DNA of 63,893 nucleotides, counting the filler, from Octopus bimaculoides (lineage: Eukaryota), in the NCBI RefSeq assembly GCF_001194135.2. It is 6 parts of 6 records of this genome, joined end to end, with 100 filler letters (N's around TTAATTAATTAA, not from the genome) between each part and the next. Parts side by side here need not be neighbours in the genome. Positions count along the whole stretch, not along the records: positions 1 to 26,207 come from NC_068981.1; positions 26,308 to 43,239 come from NC_069001.1; 4 more parts are not named here. The stretch is one strand, 5' to 3'. The notes under the pieces were generated by a model. That model was given only the letters and a program-made list of their open reading frames with translations. It was not told the origin of the DNA and ran no database searches. Positions 25,081-37,492 of the stretch are shown here, piece by piece. Position 1 is the first letter of the stretch, and each line of letters begins with the position of its first letter. The translations under genes and the position numbers were made by a program.

Positions 25081-25466
25081 GCGCGTGCACGTATTCAGAA
25101 CTCCAAATGAACACGTCGATGCTATAAAAATAAAATGAAAGAAGTTTGAAGTTTGAGATTATCTTGTTATTAGTGCGAATCGACTGAGGAATCAAGCCAT
25201 TTTCGTTCTCAAATTTCTAAGTGACCTAGCCGAGACCTGACAATTCTTTTTGCACTGACGGCGTCCAAACTATAATCACTTTAGAAACTGGATAGTTATG
25301 GCCCTCAGAGAAACGTCTAATTGACATTTTTTTTTCTGTTTTCATCTCAAGCTTCTCTTACAAACATGCTGTCAACCATTCAACGAAATAAAATAATGAA
25401 AGAAAATAGAAGAAACGAAAGTGAACGAGGAGAAAGAGTGGTAATGAGATAGAAAACGAGAGAGAC

Positions 25467-25511
<45 letters not shown>

Positions 25512-26150
25512 GAGAAAGATGAGGAACGCTTACTATGACAGAGATGAGGAAGAGACACTATGAGGGGGAAGTGAGAAGGAAGAGACCAAATGAGAGAGAA
25601 GTTTGGAGGAAGAAACACCATGAGGGAGAAGTGAGGAAGGAAAGATAAAATGAACTAAAGGAGAGATTTGTGGGGTAGTATGGGAAATAAATATAATTTG
25701 AGATTAACGACACCTGACAATTACTACGAAGCCCACTTCGAGGGGGGAAAAGAGGAGAGATAGCAAAAGGTAGTTTCTTGCTTCTCACTTATAAGGACTA
25801 CTCCTCATCAAAACACCTCCAGCGCCATCGCCACCATCAATTTTTTTTTCGATTATTTTTAAATTGTCTTTCTCGAGACACCACTATTTGCAAACTGCTG
25901 GTCACTAATGGGGCTCAAATGATCTTCTTGAATGAAATGTGCGGTATATTCATATTAGATTCACTGAACCTATAATAAGTGCATGGCTGAAGAGAGAATT
26001 AATGCTAATGTCACAATCATTCCTGCTAACTATTTTGTCACTCTTCAAGGAAATCAATGCTAATGGTTGCTGTAAGGCCATCTTGGTTTGGTGATTTTCT
26101 CTTTAAATTTCATAACACACTATTGCGAATTCACTAAATAAATAAACACA

Positions 26151-26207
<57 letters not shown>

Positions 26208-26307
26208 NNNNNNNNNNNNNNNNNNNNNNNNNNNNNNNNNNNNNNNNNNNNTTAATTAATTAANNNNNNNNNNNNNNNNNNNNNNNNNNNNNNNNNNNNN
26301 NNNNNNN
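26208..26307. other. Assembly join linker 44N-TTAATTAATTAA-44N
   Basis: Exactly 100 bp; identical at five sites. Confidence 0.97.
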
Positions 26308-26608
26308 TCTCTCTCTCTCTCTCTCTCTCTTTCCCTTTCACTCTCCTTCTCTCTCTCTCTCTCTCTCTCTACTCCCTCTCTCTCTCTACCCTCTCTTTCT
26401 TTCTACTCACACACTCTCTCTCTCTCTCTCTTTGCTCTTTCTCTTTCTACCCTCTCTCTCTCTCAACATCTCTATCATTCTCTCCCTCCTCTCTCTCTCT
26501 CCATTCCTCTTACTTTACCTCTTCCTCCACAACCCTCCACCTCTCCCTCTATCTCACTACTCTCTATCTCTCTCTGTCTATCTATCTGTCTCTGTCTGAC
26601 TGCATGCT

Positions 26609-26639
<31 letters not shown>

Positions 26640-26672
26640 TTCTCTCTATCTCTCTTTCTCTCTATCTCTCTT

Positions 26673-26735
<63 letters not shown>

Positions 26736-26752
26736 TTCTCTCTATCTCTCTT

Positions 26753-26785
<33 letters not shown>

Positions 26786-26790
26786 TTCTC
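26308..26790. repeat. (CT)n/(CTTT) polypyrimidine microsatellite tract
   Basis: Direct reading. Confidence 0.9.
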
Positions 26791-27076
26791 TGTTACGTTT
26801 TCTCCATTTCTCACTTTTTTTCTTATATTTTCAATCCGTAACTTTATCCAATGTGTCACATGCGTGACACACATTTCGTGTCACACATTTTGTGTGTCAT
26901 ATACTCTATGTGACGCACAATATGGGTCACAACCGAGCTGTATGTAAAGGAAGACATATCATACGCATGCGCATACATCAAGGCTCAAGCTTATGTGTTT
27001 CTGTTTGTTTAATATCTCTGTCAGCGTGTGTACGGTATGTCTGTGTGAGTGTGTGCATGTGTGTGTGTGACATATG

Positions 27077-27117
<41 letters not shown>

Positions 27118-27189
27118 TTTATATGTATATATGTATATATACTATGTTTGTATATATATATATTATATATATATATATATTAGTTATAT

Positions 27190-27458
27190 ATATATATTAG
27201 TTATATGCATGTATGTATGTATGCATCCATGTATGTATAACTATGTAAATGTTTGTATATGTATATGCATGTATGTATATGTTTGTATTTATATATATAT
27301 TCATGTATGTGTATGTATGTATATGCAAGTATGTGTGTATATGTCTGTATATGTGTGTATGTGTCTGTATGTATATGTATGTATGCATGTATGCATATGT
27401 ATGCATATGTATGTATGTATGTATGATGTATGTATGTATGTGTGTATGTGTCTGTATG

Positions 27459-27490
<32 letters not shown>

Positions 27491-27545
27491 TGTATATGTT
27501 TGTATATGTGTGTATGTGTCTGTATGTACATGTATGTATGTATGC
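27190..27545. repeat. (TATG)/(TG) compound microsatellite with internal higher-order duplications
   Basis: Recurrent GTGTGTATGTGTCTGTATGTATATG blocks. Confidence 0.8.
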
Positions 27546-28621
27546 ATGGCCATGTGCGTGGGTAAGAAGGATGCGCGCGTTTACCCGCGCGCGCGAGCGC
27601 ATTGGATATTCTCTTTTATATTTTTGTTTGGTGCGTTTGTATTGTAAAGAAAATCTATTATTCGTCTTCCCCACCTCTCGCCCCTCCCTCTCTCCCTTGC
27701 TCTATCCTCCTACTCTCTCCCTCGGCTTCTAACACTCTCTTTTCCTCTTCTCCCTCCACCTCTCTCACTTCTACTTCTCCCACCTCACCGCGTCCACCCC
27801 CTTCACTCTCTCATACAGCTTCTTATTTATCCTGATCTTTGCTATCATTACGTCTTTTATTTCGTCTTCTTCCTCTCGTCCCATCCTCCTCATCCTCCTC
27901 CTCTTCCCACCCCCTCTTTATCTATTGGAATTATTATTATATTGAATAACCAAACATCCACCCACAACTCCTACATACACACACATACACTTACATATAC
28001 AGGCATCACATAACACATACGAACACACACATATATATAGATGAACATATATATATCTATCTATATCAAGAATATATATATATATATACACGTGTGTGTA
28101 TATGAATTATACACACACACACACACACATATGTATATGTATATACACACAATCTCATAAACATATAAGTACATATGCAAGACATATCTATATAACTTAT
28201 GTATATATATATATATAGATATATATATATATATATATGAAGAACAACAAACATTCCTCACACTATACCCTTTGCTACACACTAAAACACACACATACAC
28301 CCATACGCACGTACACACACACGCACGTACAGACATACACCAATACCCCTATCCATCTTCCACTCGCGCGCGCAAACATCCACCCTAGACACACTACCAC
28401 CACAACACCCTACATCACTACACACCACCACCGCCACCACCACTACACACCACCGCCACCACCGCTACGCCACGCCACACCGTACCATACTATTATTTCA
28501 TCTTATATAAAACATCGAAAACTAATTTCATTTCGTTTCGTTTGATTTGAAAAACCTTTCACTTTTTTATACATACCCTCTTCTTTTTTTGTCGTTCTTT
28601 ACTTTTTTTCTATTTCTCTTC

Positions 28622-28680
<59 letters not shown>

Positions 28681-28814
28681 CTGTATTACACAATATCTTA
28701 CAATACATAACAATATATTTGCATTATATATTACATTATAATATTTCAGCTATTATATAATCGCTTTCTGTTGCTTCTCATCCTTATTGTCGTTAACAAA
28801 CAGAAACTGGAAAT

Positions 28815-29075
28815 CCTGTTGTTGTTGTTGTTGTTGTTGTTGCTTCTGCTACTGGTGTCGCATTGTTGTTTTAGCATCATCATCATCATAATTCTCATCA
28901 TCTTCATCATCATCCTCACCATCATCAACATCATCGTCATCATCACCACCAACAACAGCACAGTCGTCGTCATCGTTACCATCATCATCATCATCATCAT
29001 AACCACCAACAGCAACAGCACCGTCGTCGTCGTCATCATCATCATCATCATCATCATCACCATCATCATCATCAC
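28815..29075. repeat. (GTT)n/(CAT)n/(CGT) trinucleotide tract
   Basis: Direct reading. Confidence 0.9.
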
Positions 29076-29455
29076 CGTCTACATCTTGTGTTATATATTC
29101 TCGATATATGTTTCGTTCCTACCAAATCAAAAATGCTCTTTTGTATCTTCATACGCTTCGATTTCCTTACTACAAAATACGCTAATGGATTTCCCGCCCT
29201 GGAACTTCGTCTTTTGAGAAATACCAAGATAGCATTCCCGCAAAACAAGAGATTTCACACATCAATTCCATTGGTCATTTTCTGTCATGTGGTCTCAATG
29301 ATTCATAGTTTACTAAAAAAAAAAAAGAATATTTTTTTAAAGTCCGTATTGCCATCATCCAGAGCCGTCTTCGCAACATTATTGGCCCCCGGGCATATCT
29401 CTGCGTTGGGGTCTATAGTATTTATTCATTGACAGCCACAGCATAACTGACAAAC

Positions 29456-29570
29456 TGACTGGCACTCCGTCATTTACGACGACGAGGGTTCAACGGAACA
29501 GCCTGTTCTTTAGATTAACGTGCATGTGGCTGAGCACTCCACAGACACGTGCACCCTTAATATAGTTCTC
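29456..29570 (-). mobile_element. 3-prime tail shared by SINE families C and D
   Basis: GGCACTCCGTC..ACGACGACGAGGG..GTGGCTGAGCACTCCACAGACACG is the reverse complement of the 41656-41773 tail. Confidence 0.85.
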
Positions 29571-29646
29571 AAATATCCGTCAAATGTAAATAATGTAAAT
29601 AATGTACATAATTCCTCATCTCTTAAATATTGAGCTGTATTATTGA

Positions 29647-30160
29647 CCTAAGTTTTAACATCCCCTTCTTCGAAATAGACACCATGCACAGCAATACACC
29701 TAGCGTTCCTACAACTTTTGGAATCTGGTCCGGAAGTCGTTTTCTGTAAGCGAGACCTTCCGCGATTCGCTCTGGATTTCGACAACGGTGTTAAAACGGC
29801 GACCTTTGAGCAATATTTTCATCTTGGGAGAAGAGTTCGAAGTCTGCAGGTGCTAAATCTGGTGAACAGGGCGGGTGCTGAAATGATACCATGTTGTTTT
29901 TGGCGAGAAACACATGAGTAGTGAGAAGAGCTAGGTGACAGGGTGGATTCCCGTCGTGAAGAATCCAATACTTCGCGCTCCACAGATCCGGTCGCTTTCG
30001 CCGAATGTCCTCCCACAAACGTTTCAAAATATCGCAGGAGAAATCTTGATTGGCGGTCTGGCCCCGGGGGCCAAATTTCCGAGGGCACAATACCACAATT
30101 CCGGTGACGACGCTCGTGGCAGGTCTTCCAGGGACGTACTTCTGCTTTTGAAGTCAGTTA
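29647..30160 (-). mobile_element. Mariner (DD34D) internal-deletion derivative
   Basis: PRGQTANQDFSCDILKRL.EDIRRKRPDLW, LHDGNPPCH, HPPCSPDLAPADF; joined to N-terminal FKS..SLED..GRPATS. Confidence 0.88.
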
Positions 30161-30267
30161 CATCGAATCCAGGACTTATTTTATCGATCCCGAAAAAAAT
30201 GAAAGCAAAATCGACTTCGACGGAATTTCGACTCAGACGGTAAAGACGGACGAAATGCCGGTAAGCA
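30158..30267 (-). mobile_element. SINE family A partial, runs into gap
   Basis: TTTTATCGATCCCGAAAAAAATGAAAGCAAAATCGACTTCGACGGAATTT. Confidence 0.8.
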
Positions 30268-31110
30268 NNNNNNNNNNNNNNNNNNNNNNNNNNNNNNNNN
30301 NNNNNNNNNNNNNNNNNNNNNNNNNNNNNNNNNNNNNNNNNNNNNNNNNNNNNNNNNNNNNNNNNNNNNNNNNNNNNNNNNNNNNNNNNNNNNNNNNNNN
30401 NNNNNNNNNNNNNNNNNNNNNNNNNNNNNNNNNNNNNNNNNNNNNNNNNNNNNNNNNNNNNNNNNNNNNNNNNNNNNNNNNNNNNNNNNNNNNNNNNNNN
30501 NNNNNNNNNNNNNNNNNNNNNNNNNNNNNNNNNNNNNNNNNNNNNNNNNNNNNNNNNNNNNNNNNNNNNNNNNNNNNNNNNNNNNNNNNNNNNNNNNNNN
30601 NNNNNNNNNNNNNNNNNNNNNNNNNNNNNNNNNNNNNNNNNNNNNNNNNNNNNNNNNNNNNNNNNNNNNNNNNNNNNNNNNNNNNNNNNNNNNNNNNNNN
30701 NNNNNNNNNNNNNNNNNNNNNNNNNNNNNNNNNNNNNNNNNNNNNNNNNNNNNNNNNNNNNNNNNNNNNNNNNNNNNNNNNNNNNNNNNNNNNNNNNNNN
30801 NNNNNNNNNNNNNNNNNNNNNNNNNNNNNNNNNNNNNNNNNNNNNNNNNNNNNNNNNNNNNNNNNNNNNNNNNNNNNNNNNNNNNNNNNNNNNNNNNNNN
30901 NNNNNNNNNNNNNNNNNNNNNNNNNNNNNNNNNNNNNNNNNNNNNNNNNNNNNNNNNNNNNNNNNNNNNNNNNNNNNNNNNNNNNNNNNNNNNNNNNNNN
31001 NNNNNNNNNNNNNNNNNNNNNNNNNNNNNNNNNNNNNNNNNNNNNNNNNNNNNNNNNNNNNNNNNNNNNNNNNNNNNNNNNNNNNNNNNNNNNNNNNNNN
31101 NNNNNNNNNN

Positions 31111-31153
<43 letters not shown>

Positions 31154-31212
31154 GATGTATGCTTATGTTTGTATGTGTGTATGTAGAGAAAGATGGATAG
31201 ACAGACAGACAT

Positions 31213-31252
<40 letters not shown>

Positions 31253-31672
31253 CATTCATATTTAGTGAGAGACATAGAGGTATACATAGATGAATAAGTA
31301 ATTAGATGAAACACTTATGCACACATACATACATTTATGTATACACACACACATCCATACGTACATCCATCCATACATACATACATACATGCATACATAC
31401 GTACATACATACATACATACATGCAAGCATACATTCATACATTCATATATACATAAACACAAACACGTGCGTATATATATAAACATGTAGGTCTATCCAT
31501 GTGTCAGCATATGTATGAATATGCATTTCTGTATGTGTTTGTGACTGAACATATATATATATATATCTGCACACATCCAAATACACACACACACACACAC
31601 NNNNNNNNNNATATATATATATATATACATACACATATTAACACATATATACGTATATGCTTGTGAATGCAT

Positions 31673-31726
<54 letters not shown>

Positions 31727-31779
31727 NNNNNNNNNNATCTTCTCAACTACAAATACATTCAAGTCTTAAATTAGCACAC

Positions 31780-31821
<42 letters not shown>

Positions 31822-32259
31822 TATATGTGTGTGTGAGTGTGTGTATGTATGTACATGTATGTATATATAACCATATTGGTATATATTCATTCAACCTTGA
31901 CTATCAAGTACATTTCTTTAATTCCTATAAAGCCTTTGTTTCGCTCCACGCATGACCGATTTCGTCATCTGAAACCCATTTAAAAACCAATGCCACTTGA
32001 TTCATCATTTCAAAACTATATCTATAGAACCCTGACTTCGACATGACCAAAGTTCCACATCCATTCTCCCCCCCCCCCCCCACCCCGCATAATTTTTTTC
32101 CTGCTTCTTTTTCTCCTCGTCTTCCTTCTCCTGTGTCTTGCGTCTCTCTTTCGTTTCCAGCCATTCCAACGTTCTCGCTCCATTTAAGAGTAATTCACAC
32201 CTTTTATGAGTTGTCCTCTTCTCATTTTCACCTCCACCTCATCGTTTATTATTGGTCTA

Positions 32260-32450
32260 TTTTAGAGCATTCGAAATACTTGGCAGCATTTCGTCCGTAT
32301 TTTACGTTCTGAGTTCAAGTGCAGCCGGGGTCAACTTTGCATTTTATCCTTGCGATGTTCATAAAACAAGTACCAGTTGAGTACTGGGTCGATGTAATCG
32401 ACTTATCTCCACCCTCGAATTTGCTGGCCTTGTGCCAAAATTTCAAGCCA
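32260..32450 (+). mobile_element. SINE family A
   Basis: TTACGTTCTGAGTTCAAG..AAGTACCAGTTGAGTACTGGGTCGATGTAATCGAC..GGCCTTGTGCCAAAATTT. Confidence 0.85.
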
Positions 32451-33391
32451 ATATTTTATAACACTCAGTTCCATTTTGCGTAGTTTCAAATATCTCCACC
32501 ATACAAAGCATTGGTTTCCAACAGGGCCTCATACGACCCTTGGGGGTCCTTATATGGTTTGTCGTTAAAATTCATGTGCAATAAATTGGATATGCTTCCA
32601 CAATCTTTAATCTTTTATCTTCTACTCGTTTCAATCATNNNNNNNNNNNNNNNNNNNNNNNNNNNNNNNNNNNNNNNNNNNNNNNNNNNNNNNNNNNNNN
32701 NNNNNNNNNNNNNNNNNNNNNNNNNNNNNNNNNNNNNNNNNNNNNNNNNNNNNNNNNNNNNNNNNNNNNNNNNNNNNNNNNNNNNNNNNNNNNNNNNNNN
32801 NNNNNNNNNNNNNNNNNNNNNNNNNNNNNNNNNNNNNNNNNNNNNNNNNNNNNNNNNNNNNNNNNNNNNNNNNNNNNNNNNNNNNNNNNNNNNNNNNNNN
32901 NNNNNNNNNNNNNNNNNNNNNNNNNNNNNNNNNNNNNNNNNNNNNNNNNNNNNNNNNNNNNNNNNNNNNNNNNNNNNNNNNNNNNNNNNNNNNNNNNNNN
33001 NNNNNNNNNNNNNNNNNNNNNNNNNNNNNNNNNNNNNNNNNNNNNNNNNNNNNNNNNNNNNNNNNNNNNNNNNNNNNNNNNNNNNNNNNNNNNNNNNNNN
33101 NNNNNNNNNNNNNNNNNNNNNNNNNNNNNNNNNNNNNNNNNNNNNNNNNNNNNNNNNNNNNNNNNNNNNNNNNNNNNNNNNCACACACACACACACACAC
33201 ATGCACACAGCAGAAATTCCCGATCTGTAAAATCTGCGAATGACGCCGTGATTTTGGTCTAATGCTGTTGTGATCTTGGCAAATGATAAAGTCTTTATCT
33301 TTTGGTAATTTTGTCTGAGTGTGTGATTATGTTTGTACAACGTAGGTTTTATCTTCTCTTTTTTATATATAATGTGATATGATGTTGGGTT

Positions 33392-33699
33392 AACGTACTA
33401 AGTGACATGGGGTTCTGTTAAGATACTGTCAAGGTGACCTGATGTAACTTAAAAGTACTGTCACAGTGACCTGATGTAATGTTACAGCACTGTCTCAGTG
33501 ATACGCTTTCATGTTAAAGTACGTCTGTGTCGTATAGAGTTCCGTTTGAAAGTACTCGTCGAGTGACATTGGGTATTGTTGTAAAGTACTCTCCGAGTGA
33601 CTTTGAGTTTTATTTTAAAGTACTCTCCGAGTGACATGGAGTTCCGTTTTAAAGTACTCTTCGAGTGACATGAAGTTCTGTTCTAAAGTACTCTTCGAG

Positions 33700-33704
<5 letters not shown>
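33392..33704. repeat. Minisatellite, about 10 units; 32-bp period on the left, 34-bp period on the right
   Basis: Core AAAGTACTCTCCGAGTGAC; unit starts 33420, 33452, 33484, 33516, 33549, 33583, 33617, 33651, 33685. Confidence 0.9.
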
Positions 33705-33730
<26 letters not shown>

Positions 33731-34245
33731 NNNNNNNNNNNNNNNNNNNNNNNNNNNNNNNNNNNNNNNNNNNNNNNNNNNNNNNNNNNNNNNNNNNNNN
33801 NNNNNNNNNNNNNNNNNNNNNNNNNNNNNNNNNNNNNNNNNNNNNNNNNNNNNNNNNNNNNNNNNNNNNNNNNNNNNNNNNNNNNNNNNNNNNNNNNNNN
33901 NNNNNNNNNNNNNNNNNNNNNNNNNNNNNNNNNNNNNNNNNNNNNNNNNNNNNNNNNNNNNNNNNNNNNNNNNNNATATATATGTGTGTGTGTGTGTGTA
34001 TATACATATATTTATATATATGTATGCATATATGTATGTATGTATACGTGTATGTATCCATATATGTTTATATATATGTACGAATGTATGCATATGTACG
34101 AATGTGTGTGCATGTAGAGATGGACAGACAGACAGGCAGACAAGCAAAGAGATAGCTCGATCGACAGATGGATAGATAGTCAGACAGACAGACAGACAAA
34201 CAGACAGACAAACTGATAGATCAACAGATAGACAGACAAACAGAC

Positions 34246-34312
<67 letters not shown>

Positions 34313-34449
34313 CAGATAGATAGATACGATTCTCCCCTCTTTAATTGCAAATTCACAACCAGAGGCAAATCACGTGTAATGACTGTATATGTATACATAC
34401 ACGCACACACACATATACACACACACACATACACACACACATACACACA

Positions 34450-34498
<49 letters not shown>

Positions 34499-36139
34499 CG
34501 TCTCCCGAGCAACAGTGTTGTTCTTTGGTAAGTATCTTTTTTCATCTGAGATCGAATTACACAAAAGATTTTTCAGTCTGTTTTTGTAGTTTTTCTCCTT
34601 CTACTTATTTATTTATTTATTTATTTATTTATTCCAAATATAGTCAAGATTAATCGTGTTTCGATCACAGGAATCTTGGAAAGAAATTTAAGAAAAATAG
34701 ATATCCCCTCACCACCACCACCACCAAAATAAAAAAAAAACGTTATCTTCTGTTGTTTTTATTATCGTTCTTGTTCTAGTTGCCGTAGCTGTTGCAGTTG
34801 CTATAATTTTCAGTATTGTTGCTATTATTGTTATTGCTGTTACTGGCGCTGGTGTTAGTGTAATTGTTACTTTTATTACTTGTTTTTGTAGTTGTTGTTG
34901 ATGTTGTTTGGTTGTTTTCTCGTTGTGTGGTGCGGTGCGGTCTGTATGGCAAATGGCATTGTGTGTTGAGATATAGTGAAGTGTGGTCTACCGAAACGTC
35001 ATTGCTACTGTGCTGCTGATGTTTCTTTTTTACTTTTGTTTTCCTCTTAATTATAAATCCGGCATTTCACCTAGAAGCATTGTTGTCTATTTGTTTGTGT
35101 CTTTCCTTTCTGCTCCAAGTGATTGCTATTACAAACCAGGGGCACGGAAAAAGCTTAACATAATACCATATATTAGAAAATGTCGGTAACCAGAGCCAGA
35201 GGAAGAAAGGAAATACCGCGAAGACCGAATATTGTTTATTTTAAAAGTAAACAATATCGAATGGTATGAAGGATGTTCTCCCCGACCCCGTTTACTATTC
35301 TGCTTCCAAGTAAATTATTCAATTAATGACTTTATTAATCTTGAGCTGTGTTAATTAACTAGTAAATTAGATTGTAACTTTTGAGTTACAGTAATGTGTA
35401 TGTGTATGGTATATTATATTATTATTATTATTATTATTATACATATAGGTAGATAGGTACACACACATACACATACAGTGAGAGAGGGAGAGAGTGAGGG
35501 AGAGAGAGAGAGAGTGAGGGAGAGAGACAGACTTATACGCAAGTAAGAGGAGGTCTCCCAACCCACTAAACGTGAGCTGTTTCCGATGATGAAGACCCGT
35601 CCAACTCATGCAAACATGGAAAGCAGATGTAAAAGATGATGATGAGGAGGAGGAGGAGAAGGAGGAGGAGGGATAGGATGATATCCACTTTATTGTATGT
35701 TTATATTCTACATAGTCTAAATATACACATGTATGTGTGTGTTTGTGTGTGTGCATAAATAATACGGGTGGCTTATTAGCAATTTAACAACCTAAGGCAA
35801 ATTTTATAGGCGTCACTAAAGTGCCGATCCCACCACCTCCCAACTCCACCCTCAATCAATTATCTTGTTTATACCATTCACTATTTTCTTTCAGCTCTTC
35901 TTCATCCACACTCCTTCAATCCCACACTTATTAACAAACCCCAACCCCACCCCAGATACACTCAAATCTCACATATACGGTCACACAGCACATCAGAACC
36001 TAAGATCAGTATGACAATCGCCACCGCCAAATGCTAGAAAGTTCTCCAGAAAGGTTAACACGGAATCTTTAAAAAATCTCCCCACCGAAGTTAACAAAGA
36101 ACGTACTAGATCTACGAACCCAAACTGTACAGTTATATT

Positions 36140-36295
36140 TTTCTCTATCTCTGTTTATTTTCTCTTATTCCTTTCCTGTTGAAGAGCGTAGGCTCGAAAC
36201 GTAAAAGGACTTTCTCACCTCCCCGAGCGTCAAACTAATACACCTGCTTGTTGTTTATACACCTGTCTTCGTCTTTTGTTCTTCTGTAAATTTCA
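36140..36295 (+). repeat. Interspersed repeat E carrying a hammerhead-like motif, copy 1
   Basis: Aligns with 53120-53262: CCTTT.CTGT.GAAGAGCGTAGGC.CGAAACGT..CCCCGAGCGT.AAACTAATACA. Confidence 0.85.
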
Positions 36296-36731
36296 ACTAC
36301 ATACATACATACATACATACACACACATGATATAGTAAGTATTGATGAGATTATAATCCAAGCTTCATAAAGGATATTTGCGTAATCCAGCTATGAATTG
36401 TATGTATATAGATGTTTTAGTTATGTAAACGAAGAATTGTAACAATAGAAATCAAAATAGCACTATACATTCCCGTTTTTGTCTTATTATATATATATAT
36501 ACTAGAGAAAAGAAACTATGTATTAATAGAAGCACAATAGTAAACACATTTTTAGTCTCTCTCAGAGATGCAAATACTGAGGTTAAACCACGTTATCGTT
36601 CTCCTCCGTGGTCGAAAAGATTAGATCGATATGACTAGACAAGCCAGTTTAGTTCTATCTTCATCCATATTTGTTTATAATATAAATAGCTATAGCTTAC
36701 AATTCTCTCTTGATCAGGAAAATGATTAACT

Positions 36732-36774
36732 GATTTCTGATGAAGCTGTAATAAATGCTGAAACTAGTCAGATC
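36732..36774 (+). ncRNA. Putative minimal type I hammerhead ribozyme (dimer type)
   Basis: CUGAUGA 36737-43, stem II AGC/GCU, GAAA 36760-63, palindromic stem III ACUAGU, GUC cleavage triplet, stem I GAUUU/AGAUC. Confidence 0.72.
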
Positions 36775-36964
36775 GATCTCTTTTGTTAATGCAACAAGGA
36801 GAAAAAAAACCTGTAATTTAACTGCCGAAGCTACATTAGACAGTGATGTTAAAACGTTAAAACATTGGGTTTTCTATTAATACTCAGCCTCAACTTTCTT
36901 TACAATTCTATTCAATGGTCTATGTAAATTCAAAAAGAAACTTTTTTAATGTTTTGGGGAAATA

Positions 36965-37212
36965 CGAGATCGTATCAAAAAGTTCCCGGACTAGTTCTAT
37001 AGCGCGCCAACAGATGAGTGACACAGGCGCTCCAACTTTGAGTGGCACAGGCGGTTCAAAAGCGGAAGGACATCCCTGGAAGATGATAAGCGATTTGGAA
37101 GACCTGCCACGAGGATCCCCCTCGGAAATGTGGCATTATGCATCGAGAATCCGATGCCCAGGGCCAGCCCGCCAATCGAGAGTTCCACTCCGACGTTTTG
37201 AAGCGTTTGAGG
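36965..37212 (+). mobile_element. Mariner deletion derivative (left TIR plus fragments)
   Basis: TA|CGAGATCGTATCAAAAAGTTCCCGGACT TIR; FEWHRRFKSGRTSLEDDKR.GRPAT joined to GIMHRE..QGQ..NREFH.DVLKRLR. Confidence 0.85.
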
Positions 37213-37264
37213 CAGGCAGGCAGACAAACAGACAGAGACAGTCAGACAGACAGAAACACAGACA

Positions 37265-37492
37265 AAGGCGGCGAGCTGGCAGAACCGTTAGCACGCCGGG
37301 CGAAATGCTTAGCAGTATTTCACCCGCCGCTACGTTCTGAGTTCAAATTCCGCCGAAGTCGACTTTGCCTTTTATCCTTTCGGAGTCGATAAATTAAGTA
37401 CCAGTTACGCACTGGGGTCGATATAATCGACTTCATCTCCTTGTTTGTCCCCTCTATGTTTAGTTCCTTGTGGGCAATAAAGAAATAAGAAA
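37265..37492 (+). mobile_element. SINE family A, well-preserved copy with alternative tail
   Basis: A-box-like TGGCAGAACCG, B-box-like GAGTTCAAATTCC; 14-bp TSD-like CAGAAA(C/A)ACAGACA at 37251 and 37493. Confidence 0.95.

Noticed and set aside
26252-26263. TTAATTAATTAA as a conserved biological motif or PacI site
   Set aside because: Always centred in exactly 88 Ns, so it is a synthetic scaffold linker
33392-33704. CRISPR array
   Set aside because: Eukaryotic context, no cas genes, and the 13-15 nt spacers are too short and homologous to each other
34975-35004. GUGAAGU-GG/CC-GAAACGUC hammerhead-like string
   Set aside because: Two core mismatches and no stem I pairing
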